This document shows, piece after piece, positions 52,690 to 64,000 of a stretch of 64,000 nt of DNA. The position numbers and the translations under genes are program-made. Every line of letters begins with the position of its first letter. The stretch's first letter is position 1. The notes under the pieces are model-generated. The model searched no databases. It saw nothing but the letters and a program-made list of their open reading frames with translations, and had not been told where the DNA came from. Source of the DNA: Mytilus californianus (taxonomy: Eukaryota); the NCBI RefSeq assembly GCF_021869535.1, contig NW_026262593.1, positions 54,808,001 to 54,872,000 on the forward strand, given 5' to 3'.

Positions 52690-53250
52690 GTTACTTCGGA
52701 TAATCTAAACCAATCAATCCAATATTTACAGTAAAATGATATGTTTTGATCTTGTTATATATTGTGGGAATGTTGAGAGAAATGGAATAAAACCAGCCGT
52801 AAAATTCACCTTTCTATATAATTGTTGATATTTATAAAAAAGTGGGAATACAAATTTTAGATTTTAAATCTGAAAATTCTGTTAACAGAACGATTCATGC
52901 ATCTTACAAGCAGTTATCGCTACATCTTTACATGCTAAAATCCACTGCTTGTTAACTTATATTATTCCATCAATTTGTAATTCAAGTAATAAGATGTTTC
53001 ACCATGTAACTGCTAAATATTCTATTTTATTTCAAAGTTAAACGTCAACCATTAACATAATACTTATTAAAACTTACACACGGATCAAGGATGAACGATT
53101 ACTAACAACTGATAGCGAAAGTTTGCACTTGAATTTAATCCAGGTCGGCTACAGTCAGATCGACATAAAAAGGTGAGAGAAAAAAACAAATCAAAATTTT
53201 ATACCTGTTTTATCTGCACAAAAAAAAAAAACTCGGGTTATCTATGATTG
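52690..53250 (+). repeat. Duplicated block S1, upstream of copy 3
   Basis: Colinear similarity with 15630-16130 and 10545-11080. Confidence 0.85.
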
Positions 53251-56200
53251 ATAACAAAAAGATTAAATAGCTCGTATCATCTATAAATATATCAATTTAC
53301 GTATAACACTTAATATTCAGTGTATAGTGATATATCATGAAATTTGTGAAGAACGCGAGTGTTGACAGAATTAGGAACCAGGTTGCAATATTTAGTACTT
53401 TTCATGGAATATTTAAACATAAAAAAATCAATAAACTATAAAAAAAAAAAAAGAAAATATCACTAAAAGATTATAGCATGTATAGTCTTGTTTACAGATC
53501 AGATGAAGTTTCCACCACTTAAATACGGTAATTCTTGTCGTTAGTGATTTCTATATGTTCTGTGACTAGCAATATTATATGCACGTACAGAATATCTGTT
53601 AAAAAAATCAGAGACAAAATCAACTCGTTCATACTTTTTCATAAAAATAAGTTGCTAAAGTACATTAGGTAAAAGTTTTGATCAGATAATGAATAATAAT
53701 CAGCAATTTTATACCTAGTGTTTCTACAATAATTCAGCAGCATCTGATTGTTTCATTATTTCTGTTTAATGCTACATTCAGCACTACTGGCTATTTCAGG
53801 TTTTTTGGTTGAGGAATACAGAGTAGAGCGTCCGTAGAGAAGAAGCAACACACCAATTCAGATTTGAATCGAACGCACCTGTCATGTGAGGGTTTTGAAA
53901 TGCGGATCTCAGTGTTGACATGCTATTGATACAGTAGTTGAACTACCTAGACAATTTATCAATTTCTTGTTATACTATTAACCATCACCTTTTATAAAAC
54001 AAATATTAAAGACTAGAAAAACAACAGTCAAATATCTATGAGATAATGAAGGCCAAGGGAAAAAGATGTAACAATCTGTTGTAACACAAGTTTACATCAG
54101 AGCAATCAATGAAAAACGTCAATGATGAAAATTTTCATTATCTAGAACAAAAAATGTCTATCTTTTTCAAATTGTTTAAAGAAACGTGACACTTTTGAGA
54201 AATAGATCATTGTGATACTGTTGATCATGTTAATGATATTCTTAAACTGTAGCTAGAATCTAGAAATGGTTTATTTTAACATCTGAAAAAGTTTCATATA
54301 CATCGCTCTAAATGAGGATTTTTGTGAAGTGTTGGTATCCGATAAAAAGAACGGAGATTTCTCTGGTCTTTTAGTTAAAATATAGAAAGATGGAGGATTT
54401 GTGACTATCTGAAATAACCTATTTTGTGAATGATTTAGAAATACGCTAAAATGTGTGATATGTGTGATAAACAGCTTAAAAAATCAGTGCAACAAGAAAT
54501 TAAAGTATGTTCCTTATAAATAATAATAGGGAAGATAATTAAACATAAATGCAGATTTATTTCAAATTACATAATAGCACAATCAAGAAAAATGTTTGTG
54601 GTATTGAAATAACAGTTATTTAATATGGCTAACGAACTGTACAAACAACTAAAGACTTTCTCACATTGAGGAAGACTTTTTATTCGCTTCGACTCACCTA
54701 TTTTCCCACTGTTTTTCGTTATCAGATTCAATTAATAAAACAAAAAAGTACAAACCACACAATTATTAACCACAAATATAAATACATAGACATATAAGTT
54801 ATTAATTTCATTAATATCATTTAGTCTATTGTGGAGAGTTGTCTCATAAGGTCAAAATATTTATCTACAGATTAGAAATAAACTAGTTTTAGCTTTGTGA
54901 AAGACTTGTCGACTACAGCGACTTGAAACTGCTATGAGTATAGAAATGAGTATACGTCATATATTGTCTGTTTTAGAAATGCGACACCCATTGGAGTACC
55001 TCATTTAGGCTATTTCAGAGACACGGGTTGTTGATATATTATTATTTGTAACATGTCTACCCCGGGCTGGCACCTTTGCTACAGATTATCAGTCCCTGGA
55101 TATAAAGTCCACCACTTGTCAGTGTTTCCATTGAAGTACGAACAAATGATTCATTTTGTCTGGAACCTTCTATATCCTACGATTGATTAACTCACTTAGA
55201 GAAAGTTATCTTTACATAATGTAAGGTGTTTCAATCAGGTCTGTTCGGTTATAATGTTCTGATGTATATCATAAATACAGCTACCCAAAAGCTTAGTCAC
55301 GAGCGAACCTGGTGACGATTATTCCAGAAATACGTGATTTTTAGGACAGAAATAATGAGTTTTTGGTGTTTCTACCACTAAGTAGGTACTAATCCTGTCA
55401 CATTATCAATTTTCAAGGTTACCATTCAATAAACCGCCAGTGATCCGGTGTTAATTTGAATAATACATTTAGATTGAATTTTGTAAATTTCCATTTAATT
55501 TAATCATAATTTTAATTAGCAGAAACTAAGGTTGTAATGTTCTCAGTCAAAGTTTACATATAATGGTTATTTAAATTTCATTACTCGATTTTTGGTTATT
55601 CGCATTTCAAAATATAAAAGTTTTAATTTTGTTGAATGAAAGCTGACAGTATTGGAGTAAAATATTTTAGCTAGGTCGAAGCATTTTAAACTAAAATATT
55701 TGGAAAACATAGTATTTATTAGTAATGTGCAAGTCAAAGTGGCATAAACCAGTGTGTCTTTTGGATTCGTCCATCAAAACTATATTAACGTATGATTTTG
55801 AAACATGCAAGATGTATTCGTACCTATCTATTATCCGCGGAAAAGAATTTGCAAACTATATCAACTAATATGTTATATTGTCTATAATTTAGGCGACGAC
55901 AGTAATCCACTAATGCTAAAATATTGGAAATCGACCAAGAATAGACATATCATGGTTAAATATTGCGTGTTTTGATAAATGTCAGTTCTTGAATACCATA
56001 TGCATCTTTGTTTTTCATATTGCTGATTTATAGTTAGTTAATTCCTGTTTTAACTACGAATATCCAACAACACTTCGTTATCATTGATAACCAGCTTATC
56101 GAGTATTTTTTTAATTCTAGGAATTAAAACCACATCTAGTAAAGTCATGCATGTTATGTCTTATACATTCTTAATTTTGCTTTTAAGAAATATGCATATG

Positions 56201-57344
56201 TTCTTAACATGTGTGCATGAGAACATTTTCTCAGTAGGGCATTGTAATTTTGGTATTTCTTTTTTCCTCTTTATAAATTAGATCCTTACTGTGTAAATAT
56301 GACGTCGCTTTCTTTTTGTTACATTTTGTAACACATATGGTTTTTTTTTCAAGACAAATATTTTACTTACAGTTACAAATCTATTCTAATTGATATCCCC
56401 CCCCTCCCCCCCCCCAAAAAAAAAAAACAAAATTCTATTTCGGAATTATTGATATCATATATATATTGAACATACTGAACGAACAGTTTGACATTAACAT
56501 GATTAATTTCTTCTCATATTTTTCCAGACAAAAGGTCAAAATTTTACAAAGCTTAATTACAGACAGATGTTATCATGATTTAAAAAAATTTACACATGTT
56601 ACGTGATGAATTACAAAAAAGATATTTCTTAAAAGGATTTGTTTTTGGATCTCAACAGCGAATATCCAAAACAGGAAATTCAAAGTCATGAGCTTGGAAA
56701 CGAAATATGTTGTGTGCGGACGAAATGTTTATCAATTGACTAGCTCTTCTACTTTATCCAAACTTTGTTGAGCCTAAATTAATTTATATTTGTTTAATTA
56801 GTTGTTTCCTACATGAAAGTAATGACATTGTTAAAAGACTGAAATTTAAATTATGAATGTCAAAGCAAAGCAAATTTTCAACTTTTCAGGATGAGATACT
56901 ATAACTTTTTCTTTAAGAGAAACGTAAAGCATGTTAAAGAAAAAGGTATGACAACAAGAACATGTATAATAATAATTATTGTAAGTCATATTGAATTAAT
57001 TATAATAGAAACGTTTGAAAATAAATCGAAACACATTTAATAGATAATAGTAAATCATTTGATCAGTGATAACTTCCCACTTACATAGGTGTTAATTTCA
57101 CCGCAAACATGTAGTCTGATGAGTAGAACAAATTGGAAATACAAGATACGACAGGACATTGACAAACAAAATTCAGTGACACACTGAGAAGGGCTTTTTG
57201 AATGTATAAAATATGTTGTAAAAGGCATATGAAAACAGATAACGTTTACCATAAAACGTAAAGATTATTGTTTTGTCAATTCTGCTCTCTTTTAAATCGG
57301 TTCCATAAGATCTCAATGAACTACAATTTAAACTATGTTACATG

Positions 57345-57975
57345 GTTATGTTTGTATACGAGGCATTGTCAAGATACATAACACACAAGAAGGAAGTATT
57401 TTTCGAGCTTGTAATGTGTTGCTCTACGTTTCTGTAGCCCATTTTTGTTGGTCAAAAGTATTAAAGATTTCTTCCCATCGTTTTCTAATACCACTACTTG
57501 ATGACATTTCTCGCAAATTTCCAATATATTTCCCCAACGCATTTTAGGTTATATCCTTTTTGCATGTTGTATAATCGTATTCCTGGCAGAAAAATTTCCT
57601 ACTAACTTCTCCATTCATATTAGCTGCGTACACTGCGTACACTGCATCAAGCTGGTGTGTGGTATAACAATATTTGTCATGAAACACGGAACAATAAATG
57701 GAGTTCTTGAATGTTTTAACACAGTTGATAAGGTATTACAAGAATGATCAAATAACTGAATGATCTGTTTGACGAGATTGACGACTAATTAATGACTTGA
57801 ATAAGTTTTACCGCCATATTTAGCACTTGGTGATATAGACCTTTGTACTTTTGACGAGTTAACATCTACAATATCAATCTATTTCTCATGAAACATTAAT
57901 GTTGTAGAAACTTTGTCTTTATATATCCCTGCTACATCATAACATTGATCCTCAAGCTGTATAGATTTAATAAGC
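57345..57975 (-). pseudogene. TRIM-like beta-propeller remnant (not in ORF track)
   Basis: Minus strand LVVNLVKQIIQLFDHSCNTLSTV (cf. LVVSLYNQIIQFFDLSGNTLATL). Nucleotide blocks tttgtcatgaaacacggaacaat, aacttctccattca, acatcataacattgatc and gtttgtatacgaggcattgtc match the 3' half of the intact copies. Confidence 0.8.
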
Positions 57976-58734
57976 TCGGGAAATTATAGTCTACAATCAT
58001 AAGTAATTGAAATAAACGTTCTATAGATTTCAATCGTCGAAGGACTTTTCTTGATTTACATTCATCAAAAACGCTCAAAGCTAAACATTTCAAAAATAAT
58101 AGATAGGTACAGGATTTGACTGACAGATTCGTTTCTCTAATTCTTAGATCTTGTTTTACTGATTATGTTTCCTTCTTAGATTGTATGTCTATCATCTACA
58201 TTTTATTTTAAATAAAATGCAAAAATGATTAAATAACAGTCAATTAAGGGCAATAACTCCTATTAGTAGTCGACTTACATTTGCTGTTGAGTTAACTGAT
58301 TTTTATATATTTGGTGTTACGGATCTTTTTGCTGTTTACTATTTGTCTGTAGCTACAGTTTTGCACCAAAATTAGCTATTATCATCATTAAAGGGTTAAA
58401 ACTCATATATGGTTCATCTGACAGTTTTGGCCTTTTTCTGCATAAAGATCTTGTTTCATTGACCATTTTAACTGTTTATAGTTTCTATCGTTCTACATTA
58501 GCTTTTGCCGTCAACACACACATGACTAAATAATATCATTAAATGCAAAAACATATGCAAGGATATAAATGACAACACCGGCTATGCTGACCTCTATTGT
58601 TGACTTGTCTTGCTGAACGTTTTTTTCTGTTAGAATTTCTCTCAAACTACATGTTTAAAGATAATCAGGAAGATAGACAAAACCATCAGAACAATATTAT
58701 GAATTGCCAGTAGGTACTTGAATCGATTACACAT

Positions 58735-58885
58735 TTTGCCATGTGGGGTTGTTTTAAGCTGACTAGACGGTAAATGTTTTGCTCAGTGTTTAAGGCAGTA
58801 TGGTGACCTATAATTACTAACATCCGTTTTTTTACTCTGTTGGCTACTTGTGTCATAGGCAATCAAACCACATATCCATATTTTA
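58735..58885 (+). repeat. Short PLE 3'-tail family copy
   Basis: gaaggc.gta.ggtgacctata-like block and tail tgtgtcataggcaatcaaaccacatatcc. Confidence 0.6.
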
Positions 58886-59337
58886 TATAAGATTTTTGTC
58901 AAATTCAAAGGTTAACGTCGTGGACGACGGACGTAGTGATGACAAAAGCTCACATTGTCCCTTGTTTGGCGACAAAGGGGTTTAACAGAATTTTATGGAA
59001 GAAAGGTAACATTGTGCCCGTTTTCTCCTTTTGTACTGTTTTTCATGAATAAGATAATTACTAGTAAATGCCAAATTTTATTTTGAAATATATAAAACAA
59101 ATGAAACATTACAAATAAAGAGTTTCTAATTTCAACAAAAGTTCAGCATAGGGTTATTTTCAATGTTATTCACAGATAGTTGTTCTGTTTCATTAGTCTG
59201 TTATTTACAAAGTTATTTCACTTAATAACTGGAAAAAATACTTCAACCAGAACAAGATTATTACAAGGAAAGTGTTAAGCGAGGACTGACAATGTGACAA
59301 TGTAATACAATACAAGCGGTATGAACAAATCATTATT

Positions 59338-61026
59338 TCAGTTTGCTACTTTATATTGCAAGCATTTTCCGGATCGATTACACACTAAGAGAATGTTGGT
59401 TTTACGATTGTAGTGTAATGCTATAGGTTTCTGCAGTCCATCTTTCTCTGTCAAGAGAACTCTGGATTTCTCACCATCTCTTCCTACCACCATTAACTGA
59501 TTACTACCCAAGCAAGCTATGAATATATTTCCAGACGCATCGTTAATTATTCCAGTCGGATCAGCTGATTTCTGACAGTCAAATTTCCAACAAATTTCTC
59601 CATTCAATTCAGTCGAGTAGACAGCATCACTAGTGAATGTTGTATAATAAAGTTTGTCATTCAACACGGAACAATGAAAGGAGTAATCGGCTGTTGACAA
59701 AGTAGACAAGGTTTTACCAGAAAGATCAAAGAACTGAATGGTCTTGTTCCAGAGACTGACGACAAATTGTTCACCTGTATTAATAATACCGTAGCAGTTG
59801 TCTTTCATAGGTAAAGTCCTTTGCACTTTTGATAAGTTTATATCTACAATAATAACTTTTCTCTCATAAGTTAATGTTGTAGCAACTGTGTCTTTATCTA
59901 TTACTGCAACATCAAAACATTTTTCTACAACTGGTACGGTTTTGATTAGCCCGCCTTTTTGATTCATGATAACAAGTCTTTTGTTTAACTGTTGGCTATC
60001 GGCCAACACGATTCTTCCGTCGTCGAACATATCGATACCGGTTATAAGTATATTCCTAGATTCTCCATCGGGTGTCTGAAAGGAGCAAATATTTGTTAAT
60101 TTGATTGTATCTATAGTGTAAGAAATGGGAACGAGCATCTGTCCCTGTTTCTCTTTCTTTAGAAGAATTTTTTGTGAGGACAAAAACTTCACTTCTAACT
60201 CCCCTAGTTCTTTGACGTCTTTCTCAAACATCATAAATATCGGCGAAAATTTAATGTGAATATCAACATTATCCATAGTCTGATCGGTTTGAAAAGACAT
60301 CCAATCTTTTTCTTTCTTTTCTATTTTTGTATTCAATTCATGTATACCCAGGAAAGCTTGGAATTCGGAAGCGTGTTGTTTGATCTGTTTTAAATCTCTT
60401 ACTATTTGATCGACATTTGTACGCATTTCTGAGATCGTTTTGATAAAACTATCAATACGTTTTCGTTGTTCTTTCTCTTCATTGTCCAATTTATCCAAAA
60501 GATCCAATTGAAGTTTATCTAAATGTTTAATTATTGCCTTTCGGACATTTTGTACTTCGGAAATGATTCTTTTTTTCTGAAATTCAATTCTTGCCTTATT
60601 ATCTTGTTTATCCTTTATCAGATTGCAGATTAGTTCACTAATGTCTTTCGCCCTATCTTCTAAATCTTCAAATGCAGCAGATGATTTCACACCTTCCACG
60701 ACTTCCGTTAATGGCTTCAATGTTTTACAGGTGTAATGTTTCTGAGACACACAGGACACACAGCATGGCTCGTTGTGAATTAAGCAGTAAAAGTCTAATT
60801 CCCTATTGTGAACTTTACACTCCTGTGTAATGTCAGCAACAGAACTAGGAAGTTTTCGGTAATCTTCTATAGGTATTGGTTGATGGTTCTTTGTTAATTT
60901 CATTCGGCTATGTTGTTGTTCACAATCTTTACAAATGGCTTCTTCACATTCTGCACACCAAACAGAGGCAGGTTTTGTCGTATCATCTGTCATACAAATA
61001 TCGCATATTGGTACGGATGTCGCCAT
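59338..61026 (-). CDS. RING-less TRIM-like protein (B-box1, B-box2, coiled coil, NHL/beta-propeller), 562 aa (copy 4)
   Basis: Open ORF MATSVPICDIC..CAECEEAICKDC..H; CKVHNRELDFYCLIHNEPCCVSCVSQKHYTC; ITGIDMFDDGRIVLAD; PTGIINDASGNIFIAC; colinear with copy 1. Confidence 0.92.
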   Translation of the reverse strand: MATSVPICDICMTDDTTKPASVWCAECEEAICKDCEQQHSRMKLTKNHQPIPIEDYRKLPSSVADITQECKVHNRELDFYCLIHNEPCCVSCVSQKHYTCKTLKPLTEVVEGVKSSAAFEDLEDRAKDISELICNLIKDKQDNKARIEFQKKRIISEVQNVRKAIIKHLDKLQLDLLDKLDNEEKEQRKRIDSFIKTISEMRTNVDQIVRDLKQIKQHASEFQAFLGIHELNTKIEKKEKDWMSFQTDQTMDNVDIHIKFSPIFMMFEKDVKELGELEVKFLSSQKILLKKEKQGQMLVPISYTIDTIKLTNICSFQTPDGESRNILITGIDMFDDGRIVLADSQQLNKRLVIMNQKGGLIKTVPVVEKCFDVAVIDKDTVATTLTYERKVIIVDINLSKVQRTLPMKDNCYGIINTGEQFVVSLWNKTIQFFDLSGKTLSTLSTADYSFHCSVLNDKLYYTTFTSDAVYSTELNGEICWKFDCQKSADPTGIINDASGNIFIACLGSNQLMVVGRDGEKSRVLLTEKDGLQKPIALHYNRKTNILLVCNRSGKCLQYKVAN

Positions 61027-62445
61027 TTTTTACTGAAAAAAAAATCATTAGATTTATTTGAATGTCATATGTTTTAATTAAGATAACATTTGATGATACA
61101 TTATTAAATGTTAAGTCCAGGCAAAGTAAACCATGCTGTTGAAATTGCAAATGCATTTAGGTACGGCAATTGGTCCGAATGGTTTAAATGTTATTATTTA
61201 AGCAGAAACATCGCAGTTATGAATATATTTTATGTAACCGTAATCACCAAATAAATAAGAAAATAACTTGTTTTGAGTTTCTACTATTTATCGCTATTTT
61301 GGTAATTAAAAAGTGCCTTACTCTGTAAATCGGGTAGCAAAAACTCTATAGTGTTTACATTCAGCTTACTAACAAATATGATTAGTAGATGACTGAAAAT
61401 TTTTATGAAAATATATTTTTTTGTAAAACTAAAAGTACCTAGGAGCACATCTCGCTCACCTCAAAGAAAATGGAATGTTGACATCTATTTTCACCTATTT
61501 CAAGATCAAGTTAATTTCAGGATACACATAATTCATTTTTATTTAATTAGCTTTTGGGGGGTTGTTTCAAATAAAATCAAAACAATGTAGAGGTAGATCA
61601 AATCCTCGTGAATTTATTCACACGACTTTGTTTTTTTTTAAATAGGTAGATTGGGCAACAGGAAACAACACTTGTTTGTCTTTTTTATATTAATATTATT
61701 AACACAAATTAATTAACCGAAACCAAAGCGTAGGTACACGCCACCTTAAGCTTCTGCCTATCTATAATACTAAAATAACTAGCCTAAGGTTCAATTTGTT
61801 AGCCGGCATGACGTTCAAACAACGAATCAAAGAATTCAACTGTATATATAAATAATCGGGTGAAACACAATAACGGGGACATTTACAATTGGTCTTTGTT
61901 ATGTAAGCTCTACAGCTAACTTAAATACATTTGGATGCCAGTTGTCTGTTTTTGATATTTGGCATGACATGTTTTAACCTCATTCAAAATTTTGAGATTC
62001 TATCTTGAATAGTTATTGAACACCAGTGATATTAGTGGTCTAAAAATGGTCATTTTCAGACGTTATGCGGTTGCGCTTCAAACTTAGCATTATTTTTATC
62101 TTTAAAATCTTTTTAACAGTAAGTGTAATGATCATTTCTCATGATATCAGTTACAGATTATTAAATGACGATTAAAATGATTCCAACATTACAAAAATCT
62201 GAGCTAATTTAAAAATATAACATGCAGAATTGTAAAAGTGGTGCTTCGTTATACATTTTTTCAATTTATTAAGTGTTGATCATTTATGGCCCTGAAAATA
62301 AAACTAATTGCAAGATTATTCATTAATATGTTTGTCAACATACTCGCATATTATAATACTAAAATAAAATACAGTTTTTTAATGATATGATTCATACAGA
62401 ATTTTTGAAATTTTCAAAGTAGTAAATAATATTTTTCAAAGAAGT

Positions 62446-63667
62446 GTAGTGTCCGTAACCAGCTTATTATTCTCCTAGAAAGAATAGCTACAGTAAACAT
62501 TAAGCTATTTTTCTTTATAGATTTGGCACTTAACAGTAACATTATAACAACATTTAAAACCTTCTAATTAGAATTAAGTCACAATAAATTAAAATATGGT
62601 TACGGACACTACAAAAATGATGTAGCGTTCGTAACCATGATATTATAAATATTTTTATTTCATCAAAATAGGCTTAATTTCTAGGTTCTATGATGTCTAC
62701 TTTGCTGCATCATCATTGTCTTCTGATTAAAAATTAAAAAAAAATATGCAAACAGATAACTGTTAAAAATGTGTGAGCTGATAGTAATCCTTGACGTACT
62801 AGTTTAAAACCAGAAAATCTTATTGTAAAACCCCCATTTGGTATCAGTCTGTCATAAACTCAACAGATGAGTTCTTTTGTAATATTAGGTTAAGAAAATT
62901 CATCTTCATGACTATGTTAATGGTTTTTATATCTTCTGATTATTTTTGTAGTGTCCGTAACCCAGGATTTTTTTTATTTTTGAGTCCAAAAAATTAAATA
63001 TCTTTTTCATTTTTCAAAAATCTCTTGTTTTTTTCTTCCTCCATTGATTTATACCATGTATACTAGCATGTAGATTTGTTAAAGACCTGTACTTGACATT
63101 AGTATATGTCATTTTATGAAATACACTAAAAAGTTAATTTAATGAACTCAAGTACATTTGAAGGTAAAGAATGCTTTGTTTTTGGTTTATCTACAATTCT
63201 GGTAGTGTCTCATGATAGAACAAAACATTTATTTCATGAAAATCTGTAGAAACAATTACTCTTTAATCCACAAAAAGTATGTACATTTTAGAAAATTGTT
63301 CGAAAAAGTAGTGTCCGTAACCATCAATATTTCTTTTTTTCTGATTAGCAAATGTAGTTCTATGGATTTTCTTTTCAGAAATATATTTTTTATCATTCCT
63401 TTAAGTGCATAGCACCACCTTGCTCAGAATATGTCTATGGTTTTATTTCAGATTTGAAATGGTTTAACTTTGTCCCATTCATGTCAACATGGCATGTATG
63501 CTTACATGTAAATAACTTTAATTACATATTTATTTACACTCATGGGTCATTTTGTTGTTAACAAATGTAAACAATAAAAAGAAAATACAAAAATTTAATT
63601 TGTTACCTATGAAAAGTTATTCATATTGAGTTAATAATAATTATAAAATCAATGTAGTGTCCTTAAC
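62446..63667. repeat. Dispersed 15-bp motif GTAGTGTCCGTAACC, six copies including one inverted pair
   Basis: Copies at 62446, 62598 (reverse), 62622 (gtagcgttcgtaacc), 62948, 63308 and 63654 (gtagtgtccttaac). Confidence 0.75.
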
Positions 63668-64000
63668 TCAAATAATTTATAGAGTTTATTTTAGATACCA
63701 TTTATGTACGGAATTTATTTTCTGCTGTGATTTATATTACAATGAATAGAAGTTCAACGCTTAATGGTTTTGATGGGCTACATGTAATTAGTCTTTTATT
63801 TTAAGCATGTGCTGTTCTTACATAATCCTTTTTTTTACTTATTAAGGAAGGGGGTATAATTTTGCAGAATGCTAAAGTTCAACTTTATTCCTGTGATTTT
63901 TTTTTTTTTTTTTTTTTTTGGTATTTTGTTGATATATTGCATTGGAAGCAAAATTATGCAAAAAGACATGAGATAGTTCATTAAAGACAAATATTTCTAG

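Overview
Strongly AT-rich eukaryotic genomic DNA. The gene family and repeat types suggest a bivalve mollusc, probably a mussel (inference, no search run). The window is a tandem birth-and-death cluster of RING-less TRIM-like genes (2 B-boxes, coiled coil, C-terminal NHL/beta-propeller), all on the minus strand. It holds two intact single-exon CDSs (13544-15229, 59338-61026), two full-length disrupted copies (41634-43319, 49798-51472) and two decayed propeller remnants absent from the ORF track (~36590-37170, ~57345-57975), set in duplicated intergenic blocks and many transposons. The main find is a ~4.5-kb Penelope-like retroelement of Naiad type (N-terminal GIY-YIG endonuclease, C-terminal RT) at 29429-33896. 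Its ORF appears as fragments because it has five in-frame TGA codons, most at positions where Cys is expected, and a canonical-looking type II SECIS hairpin lies ~145 nt after the stop, so it looks like a selenoprotein-encoding retrotransposon. Also present are a decayed AcademX-like DNA transposon, several MITEs/foldbacks, HINE-like elements and 5'-truncated PLE tails.
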